DNA from: Pedobacter sp.
GTDB lineage: Bacteria; Desulfobacterota; Desulfuromonadia; Desulfuromonadales; Syntrophotaleaceae
Length of the DNA: 64,000 bases
Assembly (NCBI GenBank): GCA_050253415.1
Contig: JBFWJC010000001.1
Location: 128,001-192,000, forward strand
Reading direction: 5' to 3'
Position 1 is the first letter of the stretch. Every line of letters starts with the position of its first letter. Shown here one piece after another: positions 38,522 through 48,288 of the stretch. The notes beneath the pieces were generated by a model. The model ran no database searches, was not told where the DNA came from, and saw only the letters and a program-made list of their open reading frames with translations. The translations under genes were made by a program, and so were the position numbers.

Positions 38522-39757
38522 TTAACAGCTGATTGCTGCGGGCGCCAGATCCATGAGGGATCGATAATAACTTTCCCCGCGAATATCGGCAAGGACCCCG
38601 GCAATACGTGCCGCCACCGGCTCACGGGAGACGTACAGGTTATAGATGTAGCCGGCCAGACGGGTATCCCCGACCAGAATATAGCCATGGATACGACCAT
38701 CCTGCAGATAAACGCGCCGGAATAGCCGGTCATTGGTGAAAGTGACGGCTTCCCCCTCGAACAATCCAGCCGATACCACCGGAAAATCGAGATGTTTACG
38801 CAATACGTTGGCGTTCAGCGAGCCGGCGTAGCGCTCGTTGCGACCCAGGATGTTGGCCGCCGCAACCCGCGCCTGGGCGATCGCGTTGGGAGCCGTGGCA
38901 TAAACCCCTGCCGGACCATCTAAGGCGTGGCGCGTCACGGCTACGTCACCGGCCACCAGCACCTGCGGATCGACCAGCAGATCGTCACCCACCGCGATCC
39001 CCCCCTCGCCACCGTTGAGCATGACGGAATTGGGCTTGAAACCGGTTGCAATAATCAACAAAGGGGCTTCGATGGCTGTGCCGCTTTGCAACCGCATGCC
39101 GTGCAATTGCCCGTTACGACTTTCCAGAGAATCCACCTCGGCCGACATGTGAAATGCGATACCGCTGCGCTGCATCAGTTTGTCGGTGGCAAAACGCCCG
39201 CCATCGGTGTCGGTCATGCGCTCCAGCAACCGATCATGGCAATGCACCAGACTGACCTGCAGCCCTCTGTGGCGCAGCGCCAGAGCCGCGTCGAGGCCGA
39301 TAAAACCACCACCGATCACCACCGCCCGCTGTACCGCATGCTTACTGATGTAACGGTCGATGCCCAGCATGTCGGAAAGGGTCTTAAAACCGAACACACC
39401 CTCGATATCGAGCCATTCGGGACGGGGAAACCAGCTGCGGCTGCCCGCGGCGAAAAACAGTTTGTCATAATTCTCGACGCGACCGGATGCACTACGCAAT
39501 TGAGCCTTTTCCCGATCGATCTCGACAACTTTATCATTGAGATGCGCCGTTACCCGGTAACGCTCGTAAAAATCCCGCCCCTTCCAGAACACGTTGTCCG
39601 GCGGCTCACCGGCCAGCAGGTAGGGGATAACGCAAGGCGAGTAGGGAGCATGAGGCTCGTCACTGAGCATCACGATCTCATCTTCAAAACCGCCCAGGCG
39701 CAATTGCTGCACGAATTCGGCTGCGGCCATGCCGGTACCGACGGTCACGATCTTCAT
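38522..39757 (-). CDS. FAD-dependent NAD(P)H oxidoreductase (CODH-associated, NirB/Nox-like)
   Basis: VGTGMAA, YSPC, GGGFIG and AGD. Confidence 0.88.
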   Translation of the reverse strand: MKIVTVGTGMAAAEFVQQLRLGGFEDEIVMLSDEPHAPYSPCVIPYLLAGEPPDNVFWKGRDFYERYRVTAHLNDKVVEIDREKAQLRSASGRVENYDKLFFAAGSRSWFPRPEWLDIEGVFGFKTLSDMLGIDRYISKHAVQRAVVIGGGFIGLDAALALRHRGLQVSLVHCHDRLLERMTDTDGGRFATDKLMQRSGIAFHMSAEVDSLESRNGQLHGMRLQSGTAIEAPLLIIATGFKPNSVMLNGGEGGIAVGDDLLVDPQVLVAGDVAVTRHALDGPAGVYATAPNAIAQARVAAANILGRNERYAGSLNANVLRKHLDFPVVSAGLFEGEAVTFTNDRLFRRVYLQDGRIHGYILVGDTRLAGYIYNLYVSREPVAARIAGVLADIRGESYYRSLMDLAPAAISC

Positions 39758-40350
39758 GATTTTCCCATCCTGCGACGGGCAAAGGTTTTACGGCGCAGTT
39801 CCCGATGCAACGAAAACAGCGGCGGTTCCCCCCCCTCGCCGAGCAGATACACTTTCAGGCTGGAAACCGCCCGTTTTTCCCGCTGCGGTTCGCTCTCCTT
39901 AAACACCAGCGCACCCGAGTGGCAGGCCTGCACGCAGGCCGGCGCCTCCCCCTGGGCCAGACGCTCATGACACAGATCGCACTTGTAGGCCACCTCACGG
40001 CCCGGCAGGGCGCGATGGGTGTGCTTGAAGGAGATGGCGTCGAAGGGACAGACCATGGCGCACATGGCGCAGGCCTGGCATTTGGCTGGATTCTGCACCA
40101 CCGCGCCGGTTTCCGGATCGCGGGCGATGGCCCCCGCCGGACATGCCGTCAAACAAGCGGCCGGATCACAGTGCCGGCAGGAGACGGGAAAGGCCTCGTG
40201 TTCCACACCCAGCACCCGCACGTTGACCTGGGTTTTGGCGTCACCGACCAGACCATAGACGCTGCCGCTTGGGTGATGCACCACCGCGCAGGCCATTTCA
40301 CACGATTTGCAGGCCACGCATTTGCGATAATCAACAAAAATCTTTTTCAT
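39754..40350 (-). CDS. cooF: CooF-type 4x[4Fe-4S] electron-transfer protein
   Basis: CVACKSCEMAC, CRHC..C..C, CQACAMCAMVCP and KCDLC..CVQAC. Confidence 0.88.
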   Translation of the reverse strand: MKKIFVDYRKCVACKSCEMACAVVHHPSGSVYGLVGDAKTQVNVRVLGVEHEAFPVSCRHCDPAACLTACPAGAIARDPETGAVVQNPAKCQACAMCAMVCPFDAISFKHTHRALPGREVAYKCDLCHERLAQGEAPACVQACHSGALVFKESEPQREKRAVSSLKVYLLGEGGEPPLFSLHRELRRKTFARRRMGKS

Positions 40351-41219
40351 CCCTGTCCCCCCTCATTGCCTGCGTCGGCAGCGGCCAGAGCCTGGCGCTG
40401 CCGGTCAAAGGCGAGCATGTCGTCGGCCACGGCGTTCAGACCTGCCACATAGGCGCTATCCATGCCGAGGATACGGGTCACATCCGGTTCCAACGCCTCG
40501 AAGCGCGGTTCCGCGGGCAGTGTATGAATAACGTCGAACAATTGGGTCGTGTCGGTGCCGGTCGCCTCGGCGAATCGCTGCAGCTTGTCGTTTGCCTCGT
40601 TGCGATAGCGATTGACGACCAGATGGATACGGGCGATGCCCAGCTGGCGAGCTAGTTCGGCGGCATGCTTGGCCACCGCCAGAGCATTGAACGACAGATC
40701 GCTGACCACCAGACACTGGGAAAAGCCCTTGGACAAAGCGCGGCCGAAGTGTTCCACGCCGGCCTGGGTATCGAGCAGGATGGCTTCCTCGTCACGCAGC
40801 GCCAGATAGTTCAGAACCGAGTCGAGCAGCACGTTTTCCGAACAGAGGCACCCGGCCGCGGCCTGCACCACGGTACCCATGACCAGCAGACTGAGATTAT
40901 CGTCAACACGCACCCCGAAACGACCGACCACGTCCTCGACATTGGGATTGAGGCGAAACAGGGCGCCGAAGGACTTGCCGGGACGCGCACCGGTCTTCTC
41001 CTCGATATAATCGGGGTTCTGGCTGAGCGGCACGATGGCGGATGCCTCGGCCACCGGCAGGCCGAGGGCATAAGGCAGGTTCATCTGCGGGTCTTCATCG
41101 GCCGCCAGAACCTTGATGCCCCGCTGCCCCAACAAGCGTGACAGGCAGCTGGTGAGAGTGGTTTTCCCGACTCCACCCTTGCCGGTGATAACAACGCGAA
41201 ATCCTTTCATTTGTTGCAT
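40347..41219 (-). CDS. cooC: CODH nickel-insertion ATPase CooC
   Basis: GKGGVGKTT, GCLC and AGVEHFGR. Confidence 0.92.
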   Translation of the reverse strand: MQQMKGFRVVITGKGGVGKTTLTSCLSRLLGQRGIKVLAADEDPQMNLPYALGLPVAEASAIVPLSQNPDYIEEKTGARPGKSFGALFRLNPNVEDVVGRFGVRVDDNLSLLVMGTVVQAAAGCLCSENVLLDSVLNYLALRDEEAILLDTQAGVEHFGRALSKGFSQCLVVSDLSFNALAVAKHAAELARQLGIARIHLVVNRYRNEANDKLQRFAEATGTDTTQLFDVIHTLPAEPRFEALEPDVTRILGMDSAYVAGLNAVADDMLAFDRQRQALAAADAGNEGGQG

Positions 41220-41228
41220 ACTCCCCCC

Positions 41229-43142
41229 TTACAGGCCCAAGCCGACGCGTTTCTCCATGATGATCGCCTCCATGCGGTCGGCGGTCGCCACCGGATCTTC
41301 CTCGACGAAGAAGTAGCCGCCGAGCAGGTCCTTAGCCGAATCGGTGAGGATCTTGGTGACTACCGGCGACCCTAGCACCGGCGGTACCGGCCACAGATGC
41401 ACCGGCACTCCGCTACCAATGAAGTACGAGCCGATGGCCACGGCTTTTTCGGTGGTCCACTCCGGTGCCGAACCAACAACCGGCAGCGCCGCAGTATCAA
41501 CCCCCAGATGGTCGGCCAGCGCGCCGGTCAATACCAGCATGCGCGAACAGTCAACGCAGGAGCCCATATGCAATACCGGCGGAATGCCGAGCAGCTCGCA
41601 AACCGCTTTCAGGCCAGGCCCGGCCAACTGCTGGGCGCCGAGATTCATCAACCCGGCTTTGGCGGCGGCAATCGCCCAACAACCGGTGCCGAGCACCAGA
41701 ATGTCGCGTTTGATCAATTCACGGGTCAGCGACAGATGGAAAAAGTCCTGCTGTACCTTGGCGTTGTTGCAGCCGACGATACCGACCACGCCCTTGATGG
41801 TGCCATTGGCGATGACCTCTACCAGTGGATCGAGTTTGCCACCCAGAGCTCCCACGATCTGCTCGACGGTAAAGCCGACCATGGCCTCTTCGGTTTCCTG
41901 GGGGATATAGACCTTGGCGGCGTTGCGGTTGGGATACGCTTCGATAGCGGTCTGGATGATGCGCTTGGCGATGGCGTTGGCCTCATGCTCCTCGAACTGG
42001 ATATGCAGAGAGCCAGGGATATTGGTCTGTTCGCTGGTGGTAATGAAGCGGGTATGAAAACAGGAGGACAGGTCGGCCAACGACGGGAAGATGCACTGCA
42101 CATCAACCACCATCGCTTCCACCGCACCGGTCATGATAGCTAACTCGCTGTGCAGCAGATTGCCGGCCACGTTGACACCCTGGCGCATGAGAATTTCGTT
42201 GCCGGTGCAGCACAGGCCGGCCACGTTGACCCCTTTGGCGCCGACTGCTTTGGCGGCGGCGGCCATTTCCGGGGAGCGGGCCCATTCCACGACTTTTTCC
42301 GACAGCACCGGCTCGTGGCCATGCACCAGCACGTTGACCATCTCCGCATCGAGGACACCGAGATTGGCTTTGATGGTGCGCACCGTCGGCGAGCCGAACA
42401 GGATATCCTGGCATTCGGTGGCGATCAGCGAACCTCCCCAGCCGTCACCGAAAGAACAGCGCAGGGTCTGGGCGATCAGCGTCAAGGGATCGGCATCGCA
42501 GCCGAAATGGGTGCGGTGCATAATATCGACCACTTCGCGGTCGATACCGCGTGGCAGCAGGCCGATGCGCGCGCCGGTCAGTTCGCTGAGGGTCCCTTCG
42601 AGATTTTTCAGCAGCTCCAAACGCTTTTGCGGCATGTAGCCCAAAACGAAGGGGATGGTCTCTTCGCCCTGGGCGCCGAAACAGGCGATGGCCACATCGG
42701 CCACGTCGCCGGCAACAGCCAGAGTATCGCGGCCGTCGGTGGCAATACCCAGACGACCGGCCACTACCATCAGCTTGTCGGGATTAATGATCGTATAGTC
42801 GGTATTGCGGCCGCTGGCGACTTCCTTGAGCAGCAACGCCACCTTGCGACCATGATCGGAGTGGGCCGATGAGCCGGCCGCCGCCATGCGCGCAAGGTTG
42901 CGCGCCACCATGGTATCGGCATTGGCGCCGCACACGCCACGCCGGGGACCTTCTTCCAAAGGATCGATGCGGCAAGGGCCCATACTGCAGTTGCGGCAGC
43001 AGGTTCCCAGCTGGCCGTAACCACACTGCGGCTGTTGGGCTTCCAGACGGCTCCAGGCCGTTTCAAAACCGTCTCGATCAGAAATTTTCAGCATTGCAGC
43101 AGCTGCCGGGTCGACGCTGCGGTGGTCAAGTCTGGGGGACAT
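41229..43142 (-). CDS. cooS: Anaerobic Ni,Fe carbon-monoxide dehydrogenase catalytic subunit
   Basis: D/B-cluster CGYG..GTCCRNCSMGPC..CG and C-cluster ligands HGH, CC, DVQC, GCNN, GC, GSCVD. AAGGAG RBS before ATG 43142. Confidence 0.97.
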   Translation of the reverse strand: MSPRLDHRSVDPAAAAMLKISDRDGFETAWSRLEAQQPQCGYGQLGTCCRNCSMGPCRIDPLEEGPRRGVCGANADTMVARNLARMAAAGSSAHSDHGRKVALLLKEVASGRNTDYTIINPDKLMVVAGRLGIATDGRDTLAVAGDVADVAIACFGAQGEETIPFVLGYMPQKRLELLKNLEGTLSELTGARIGLLPRGIDREVVDIMHRTHFGCDADPLTLIAQTLRCSFGDGWGGSLIATECQDILFGSPTVRTIKANLGVLDAEMVNVLVHGHEPVLSEKVVEWARSPEMAAAAKAVGAKGVNVAGLCCTGNEILMRQGVNVAGNLLHSELAIMTGAVEAMVVDVQCIFPSLADLSSCFHTRFITTSEQTNIPGSLHIQFEEHEANAIAKRIIQTAIEAYPNRNAAKVYIPQETEEAMVGFTVEQIVGALGGKLDPLVEVIANGTIKGVVGIVGCNNAKVQQDFFHLSLTRELIKRDILVLGTGCWAIAAAKAGLMNLGAQQLAGPGLKAVCELLGIPPVLHMGSCVDCSRMLVLTGALADHLGVDTAALPVVGSAPEWTTEKAVAIGSYFIGSGVPVHLWPVPPVLGSPVVTKILTDSAKDLLGGYFFVEEDPVATADRMEAIIMEKRVGLGL

Positions 43143-43309
43143 GATGACTCCTTGTATATGGGGCGACATAAAGGAAATTTGGATCGTATCCTAATGAATT
43201 GCAGAGCAAGGCGCAATTAATCGCTGGTCAATGGCGGAATGAGTTGGTGAACGGTTGCCTGCAACAGCGGAAGGAGGGTCTGACCTAACCGGAACAGCGC
43301 CCGTTCAGG

Positions 43310-43510
43310 TTACAGCAGGCGACCGGTAGGAGCCATATTGAGGGGTGGATTCTCTTCCATGGTCAATCGGTATTTTTTTCGCTCGCACAAGGCAGCAGTA
43401 CTCATGCTCCCGCAAAACAGACGACCCCATTCAGCCTTGATCTCTTCGGAGCCAAGGCAATATTCACGAAAGAATTCGCAATTACCTATAAGATCAAATC
43501 GTTGGGACAC
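43310..43510 (-). CDS. Small 4-Cys hypothetical protein between rcoM-like gene and cooS
   Basis: GGGAGG RBS before GTG. Pattern CEFF..C..FC..CER..PP.NM.P.G. Confidence 0.65.
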   Translation of the reverse strand: MSQRFDLIGNCEFFREYCLGSEEIKAEWGRLFCGSMSTAALCERKKYRLTMEENPPLNMAPTGRLL

Positions 43511-43530
43511 CGCGCCTCCCTACTGCGTAA

Positions 43531-44238
43531 CTAACGTAAGCCGATCTGCTGCAGGAACTTTTTTGCCCGGCTGCGACTGACGGGCAAGCGTGCCTTGCCG
43601 CCTTCCATGATCACAGACAAGGATTGCGACTCCCGATCAATCGACTTCACTTTACCGATATTAATCATATAGCTGCGATGAATGCGGGTAAACTGAGTGG
43701 ACGATAATCCTTCCTCGATCACACCCAGAGACAGATCACAGAAATAGTCCCCGCTGGGCGTAAAAATCCGGCTATATACATTCTCGGCTTTGATATAAAC
43801 GATTTCGGTAGGATCGATCAGCTGGATCCCGCTGGAGGTCGACACCGGAATCTTCATCAGTGCCCGCTGCGGGTTGGTAATAAAGGGGGTGATATCGTAG
43901 ACCAGGCAACAGTTGACCGCATCTTGCAGACTGCCATCAAGCAACGGCATCAGTTTCAGGAACAGGAAACGCTCCTGCCGGTCATGTCCCATATGCCTGA
44001 TGGTAAAAGGCACTGCGCGGGTGGCATCCTTCATCAGCCGAAACACCTCCCGAATCTGCATCCGGGGCTTGTCCTCATGCAACTCCAGAAGATTGGTGCT
44101 GAAAACCTCGTTTTTGGACACTTGCGGAAAAATCAGCAACAACGCCTGATTGATGAATTTTACGTTAAAATCATCATCGAAGAGAACGATGCCGGGCTCG
44201 ATCTTTTCCAGCAATTTAAGAAGATTGTTGGTTTCCAT
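43531..44238 (-). CDS. rcoM: PAS-LytTR transcription factor (RcoM-like CO sensor)
   Basis: N-terminal PAS (PGIV.FD..INQ..LH) and C-terminal LytTR (IVYIKAE..Y, FTRIHRSYMIN, LPVSR), directly upstream of cooS. Confidence 0.8.
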   Translation of the reverse strand: METNNLLKLLEKIEPGIVLFDDDFNVKFINQALLLIFPQVSKNEVFSTNLLELHEDKPRMQIREVFRLMKDATRAVPFTIRHMGHDRQERFLFLKLMPLLDGSLQDAVNCCLVYDITPFITNPQRALMKIPVSTSSGIQLIDPTEIVYIKAENVYSRIFTPSGDYFCDLSLGVIEEGLSSTQFTRIHRSYMINIGKVKSIDRESQSLSVIMEGGKARLPVSRSRAKKFLQQIGLR

Positions 44239-44469
44239 GCGAGAAGACCTTCCAAGCTATGTTGCCGACCGCTTCAATCGCCTCATAACTATAATTGAAT
44301 AGCGGCCTATCCTAGCAGGGATACAGGTACCATGGCCAGCCAATTGTTACGGACTGGGTTACACGGAACAAGGGCGGGCGAAAGCTAAATTTGTTGACTT
44401 GTTTTCTTGTTTATTTGATAAAGTAATTTTGCACTTGTCCCGGATCAGGTCAGAAAGGCGAAAAACAGC

Positions 44470-45255
44470 ATGACGACATTACAAGGGTTTGTACATTCGG
44501 ATGTGATACGCCTGGAAAAGGGGGGTATTTCCAAAGGTCCGGTGGAACTGGCCAGGGAATATCCTCTGAAATTGGTTGTTAACGGCAAGGAACTAGCCAC
44601 CCTGGTGGCCTCTCCACATCAGCTTGATTACCTGGTGGTCGGCTTTTTGCGTCTGCAGGGCTTTATTCAGAGACTCGAGGATCTGCACATGCTGGGGATC
44701 TGCCAGGAGCAAGGGGTTGCCCAAGTGCGCATCCGCGGTGAAGTGCCTGACCGGCTGCGTCCGACCTTGACGACGGGCTGCGGCACCGGCATAAGTTTTG
44801 GTCTCGAAGAGGGCCTCGCGGAAACAACCATCGACATACCGACGCCCCGTTTTAACCCCGAAGGAATTTTCGACCTGTTCCGCGAATTATACGGCAAGGC
44901 CGAGCTATTCCGACGGCATGGCGGAGTGCATTCCGCAGCCATCGGCAACGGCCACTCCCGGTTGCTGTTGGCGGAAGACCTGGGCCGTCACAACACCCTC
45001 GATCGCCTGGCCGGAGAGGCCCTGTTTAAAGGATTGGAGCTGCGCGGAACCATGCTCGCCACCTCCGGGCGCATCTCTTCGGAGATGGTGGTCAAGGCAT
45101 CCCGCCTGGGCATTGCCCTGCTCGCCTCCCGTACCGCGGTGACCAGTCTGGCGGTGGATCTCGCTACCCGCACCGGTATCTGCCTGGTGGGCTATGTGCG
45201 ACGGGACGTGCTTGAAGTCTATACTCATCCGCATTGCCTGACGCTTCCGACATAG
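44470..45255 (+). CDS. fdhD: Formate dehydrogenase accessory sulfurtransferase FdhD
   Basis: EYPL..NG, TGCG, GGVHSAA, EDLGRHNTLD and SGRISSEMV.K. Confidence 0.92.
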   Translation: MTTLQGFVHSDVIRLEKGGISKGPVELAREYPLKLVVNGKELATLVASPHQLDYLVVGFLRLQGFIQRLEDLHMLGICQEQGVAQVRIRGEVPDRLRPTLTTGCGTGISFGLEEGLAETTIDIPTPRFNPEGIFDLFRELYGKAELFRRHGGVHSAAIGNGHSRLLLAEDLGRHNTLDRLAGEALFKGLELRGTMLATSGRISSEMVVKASRLGIALLASRTAVTSLAVDLATRTGICLVGYVRRDVLEVYTHPHCLTLPT

Positions 45256-45285
45256 CGGAACAACCCTCTCGTTCAACAAAACCAT

Positions 45286-45330
45286 AAAAAACCCGGCACA
45301 ACGAATGAACAGCATCGTCGTGCCGGGTTT
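45286..45330. terminator. Terminator between convergent genes
   Basis: aaacccggcac...gtgccgggttt with an A-run on the left. Confidence 0.65.
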
Positions 45331-45374
45331 ATGAAATCAGCTCGATTGCGGAACCTGCGACAAGAAAACCAGGG

Positions 45375-45932
45375 TCAGGCAAAAGACCGCGCGAACAATG
45401 CGTCGATGGCCTGCCGACCGTTTTCTTCAAGAAAACGCGTTCCGGTACCGGCAAAATGGATATGGCCGATAACCGGTTCTTCCCCCGGAGGGCAGGCCTC
45501 CCATTCCATATGAGACCAACGGAACCAGCCATTCTGTTTCTGGTCAAACACAAACAGCGGCTTGTTGCACAACTTGGCGAATTCGGCTCCCCAACCAGTG
45601 CCGCCCTTGACGGTCTTGTCCGCCAGGATTTCTCCGACTACAAAAATCTCCTGAGCATGGTTCACCTGGTACCAAATGCTTTGCAAAATTTTGCGGATCT
45701 TGAGGCTGTCGGTGTAGCGACGATTCATAAGACGCGACACATATTCCAAACTCACGTCGCCGTGCTTGAGCTCTTCATGGTTGAGAAACCGCAGACCGCG
45801 CTCACGCATCCGGCCATGACCCTCGAAGGTAAAATTGACTTCTTCGATGCCATACCGCTCTGCATTTTGTCCGAAAGCCATTTCGGCCCCATTGGCGCCG
45901 CCGCTGAAAAGAATAAAATCTTCCTTCTCCAT
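45375..45932 (-). CDS. Conserved hypothetical protein, SLOG-like (SGGAxG...GGT) fold
   Basis: FSGGANGAE, KGGTGWG and FAGTGTR. Confidence 0.6.
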   Translation of the reverse strand: MEKEDFILFSGGANGAEMAFGQNAERYGIEEVNFTFEGHGRMRERGLRFLNHEELKHGDVSLEYVSRLMNRRYTDSLKIRKILQSIWYQVNHAQEIFVVGEILADKTVKGGTGWGAEFAKLCNKPLFVFDQKQNGWFRWSHMEWEACPPGEEPVIGHIHFAGTGTRFLEENGRQAIDALFARSFA

Positions 45933-46177
45933 ACCGATTCCTTTCGTAGGGTTCTGGTTGTGTTTGAATCCATCTCGAAAAGGTTCGTGCCAGTTCATGA
46001 TAATTTAACACGTCTGACCTCGAAACAAGTGTACAAAATTAATGACAAGTTTTCATATCAAAGAGAATTCTATTTTCCCCCTGGACCATTGCCTACGCTT
46101 TTTCGCTTCTCTGGTTAAAGACCCCACACCTGTTGCATCGGCACAGGCGTCCAACCTCCCGGCCAGAGGTTATCCGC

Positions 46178-46828
46178 TCAATGCAACTGCTCCAGCAACT
46201 CTTCCAATTCCTGGGACATGACAATGTTATTGTTATTGACCACTTCAATGCTTCCCAGCAAGTTTTTCGCCTGGCCGGCGGTCGCCTTCACTTCTTCGGC
46301 CACCACGGCAAAGCTGCGCCCATGAGCCCCGGCACGGGCCGCCTCGATGGCGGCATTAATCGACAACATCTCCAGATTGAAGGCTACCTGGGTGATGGCG
46401 GACAACGCCCTTTTGACGGCGGTTGTACTGCCGATGATTTCCTCGCCGATCTGACTGATCTTGCCAAAAATCGAACTGTTGAGCTTGCGCCGGCTTTCCT
46501 GCACCACGTTGAAAAACATCAACGCCGCCTGACTGCTGAGGATTTCCGTCCCTTCCCGGTGATTTTGCTGCACCAGTTCCAGAACCTTGGGCGAGCCCGT
46601 CGCCTCGATGATAAAATCGGTACGATATTGCTGCATGGTTGCCACCAGATCGTCCGGCGTGGGGATCTGCAACTCCTTGGCTGCAATAACCGCCACCGCC
46701 TTCGGATCACGATCCACCAAAAACACCACCCGCGCCTGATCGCTTTCCGCAAAGATTTTCAGCATCTCCAAACCACCGCGACCGCCCCCGACAATCCCGA
46801 TGGAAAGCACCTTGTCTTCTTTTGCCAT
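46178..46828 (-). CDS. Soluble chemoreceptor-like protein: Rossmann-like N-domain + short MCP hairpin
   Basis: IGIVGGGRGG...IIEATG followed by LSINAAIEAARAG..GRSFAVVAEEV. Confidence 0.8.
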   Translation of the reverse strand: MAKEDKVLSIGIVGGGRGGLEMLKIFAESDQARVVFLVDRDPKAVAVIAAKELQIPTPDDLVATMQQYRTDFIIEATGSPKVLELVQQNHREGTEILSSQAALMFFNVVQESRRKLNSSIFGKISQIGEEIIGSTTAVKRALSAITQVAFNLEMLSINAAIEAARAGAHGRSFAVVAEEVKATAGQAKNLLGSIEVVNNNNIVMSQELEELLEQLH

Positions 46829-47354
46829 ACCGTTTCCCCCATAACATAATTAGTTGTTCAGCATCGGCATTATGCGATTACCAAACCATGTTCGACGCAA
46901 TCCTGGCGCTACCTTTCCCGCATCACGGATCCTTCTATACAGGGCATATAATTTCACCTGCGGAGAAGTTTCCCCTATTCATACCTATTCGTCATGGCCG
47001 TTAAAAAATTTAGTCTAGAACATTATTATATTTAATCCTAGATGCTTTTTTTCCAGCTTTGCCAAGGCTGCAGTCCGCTTGAACCAACGAGCATCGCGAT
47101 GGCAGCAGCAGCGGGAAAATGGGCCGGGTGGGTCATACCTGCGGCGGCCGGAGTATCCTATCCGATGCCAGGTTCATCTGGATTCCGGATTCGATATAAA
47201 GACAAAACGGTGCAACAGGCTAATCTGCCACACTGTTTGGCAAGATATCCGTTACCCTTTTCCCAAATCCCGAGCATTCTGCTATCATTATGGACAATCG
47301 ACGCTACAGACCTGTTGCACTTCCATAAAATAGAGGGGCTGCCGCTTTTTACTT

Positions 47355-48158
47355 GTGAAAAAATCCATGCACTCTGCCATGAGCCAAACCTTGCCATCAG
47401 CCCTCAAGAGGCTTGATGCCATCAAGAACTCGCTGAAAAACAAGCAAGTTATCATCTTCCTTGATTACGATGGCACTCTTACCCCGATTGTCGAGCGGCC
47501 TGAATGGGCCCAACTGTCGCAGAACATGCGCAGTGCGGTTAGAGGACTGTCGAAAAAGTATCGGGTTGCCATCATCAGCGGCCGGGATCTGCAGGATATA
47601 CGCAATCTGGTTGCCCTCGAGGGACTCCTTTATGCCGGTAGCCATGGTTTTGATATCTCCGGACCCGATGGCGACATGGAATTGCAGCAAGGCGCGGAGT
47701 ATCTCCCTGCTCTGGAGCGGGCCGAAAAGACCCTGACCAAAGCCCTCGTTGAAATACCTGGCACTCAGGTCGAACGTAAAAAGTTTGCCATCGCCGTCCA
47801 CTTTCGCCGTGCTGATTTGAAAGATATTCCCTCTGTGGAGTCCATCGTTGATACGATCGTTGCGAAAACTCCGGGACTGCGTAAAACTGGGGGCAAAATG
47901 ATTTTTGAATTGCGCCCCGACATCGACTGGGACAAGGGCAAGGCGCTGCACTGGATCCTTACGCAGCTCGGCATGGATGGAGACAATGTCTGCCCCATCT
48001 ATATTGGGGATGATCTGACCGATGAAGATGCTTTCTGCGCCCTGCAAACCCGGGGCCTTGCCATTTTAGTGAGTAACGAGCAGCGCCTTACTGCCGCCGG
48101 CTACCTGCTCAAGGATCCACAAGAGGTCGGTCAATTCCTGGAAAGGCTAAAGGCATAG
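47355..48158 (+). CDS. otsB: Trehalose-6-phosphate phosphatase
   Basis: HAD motif FLDYDGTL, ISGR, YAGSHG, WDKG and GDDLTDED. Confidence 0.92.
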   Translation: MKKSMHSAMSQTLPSALKRLDAIKNSLKNKQVIIFLDYDGTLTPIVERPEWAQLSQNMRSAVRGLSKKYRVAIISGRDLQDIRNLVALEGLLYAGSHGFDISGPDGDMELQQGAEYLPALERAEKTLTKALVEIPGTQVERKKFAIAVHFRRADLKDIPSVESIVDTIVAKTPGLRKTGGKMIFELRPDIDWDKGKALHWILTQLGMDGDNVCPIYIGDDLTDEDAFCALQTRGLAILVSNEQRLTAAGYLLKDPQEVGQFLERLKA

Positions 48159-48288
48159 CCGGGAGGAATGTCGGCCATGCTTCACTGAGTCCAACGGTTT
48201 TACCCTGCCCCTGGAAATGTTTGGCTACACCTTTTTTTGATGGTGCGCGGATGGGCGCGCCCCCCCTGGCAACTGTTGAGGCACCACG

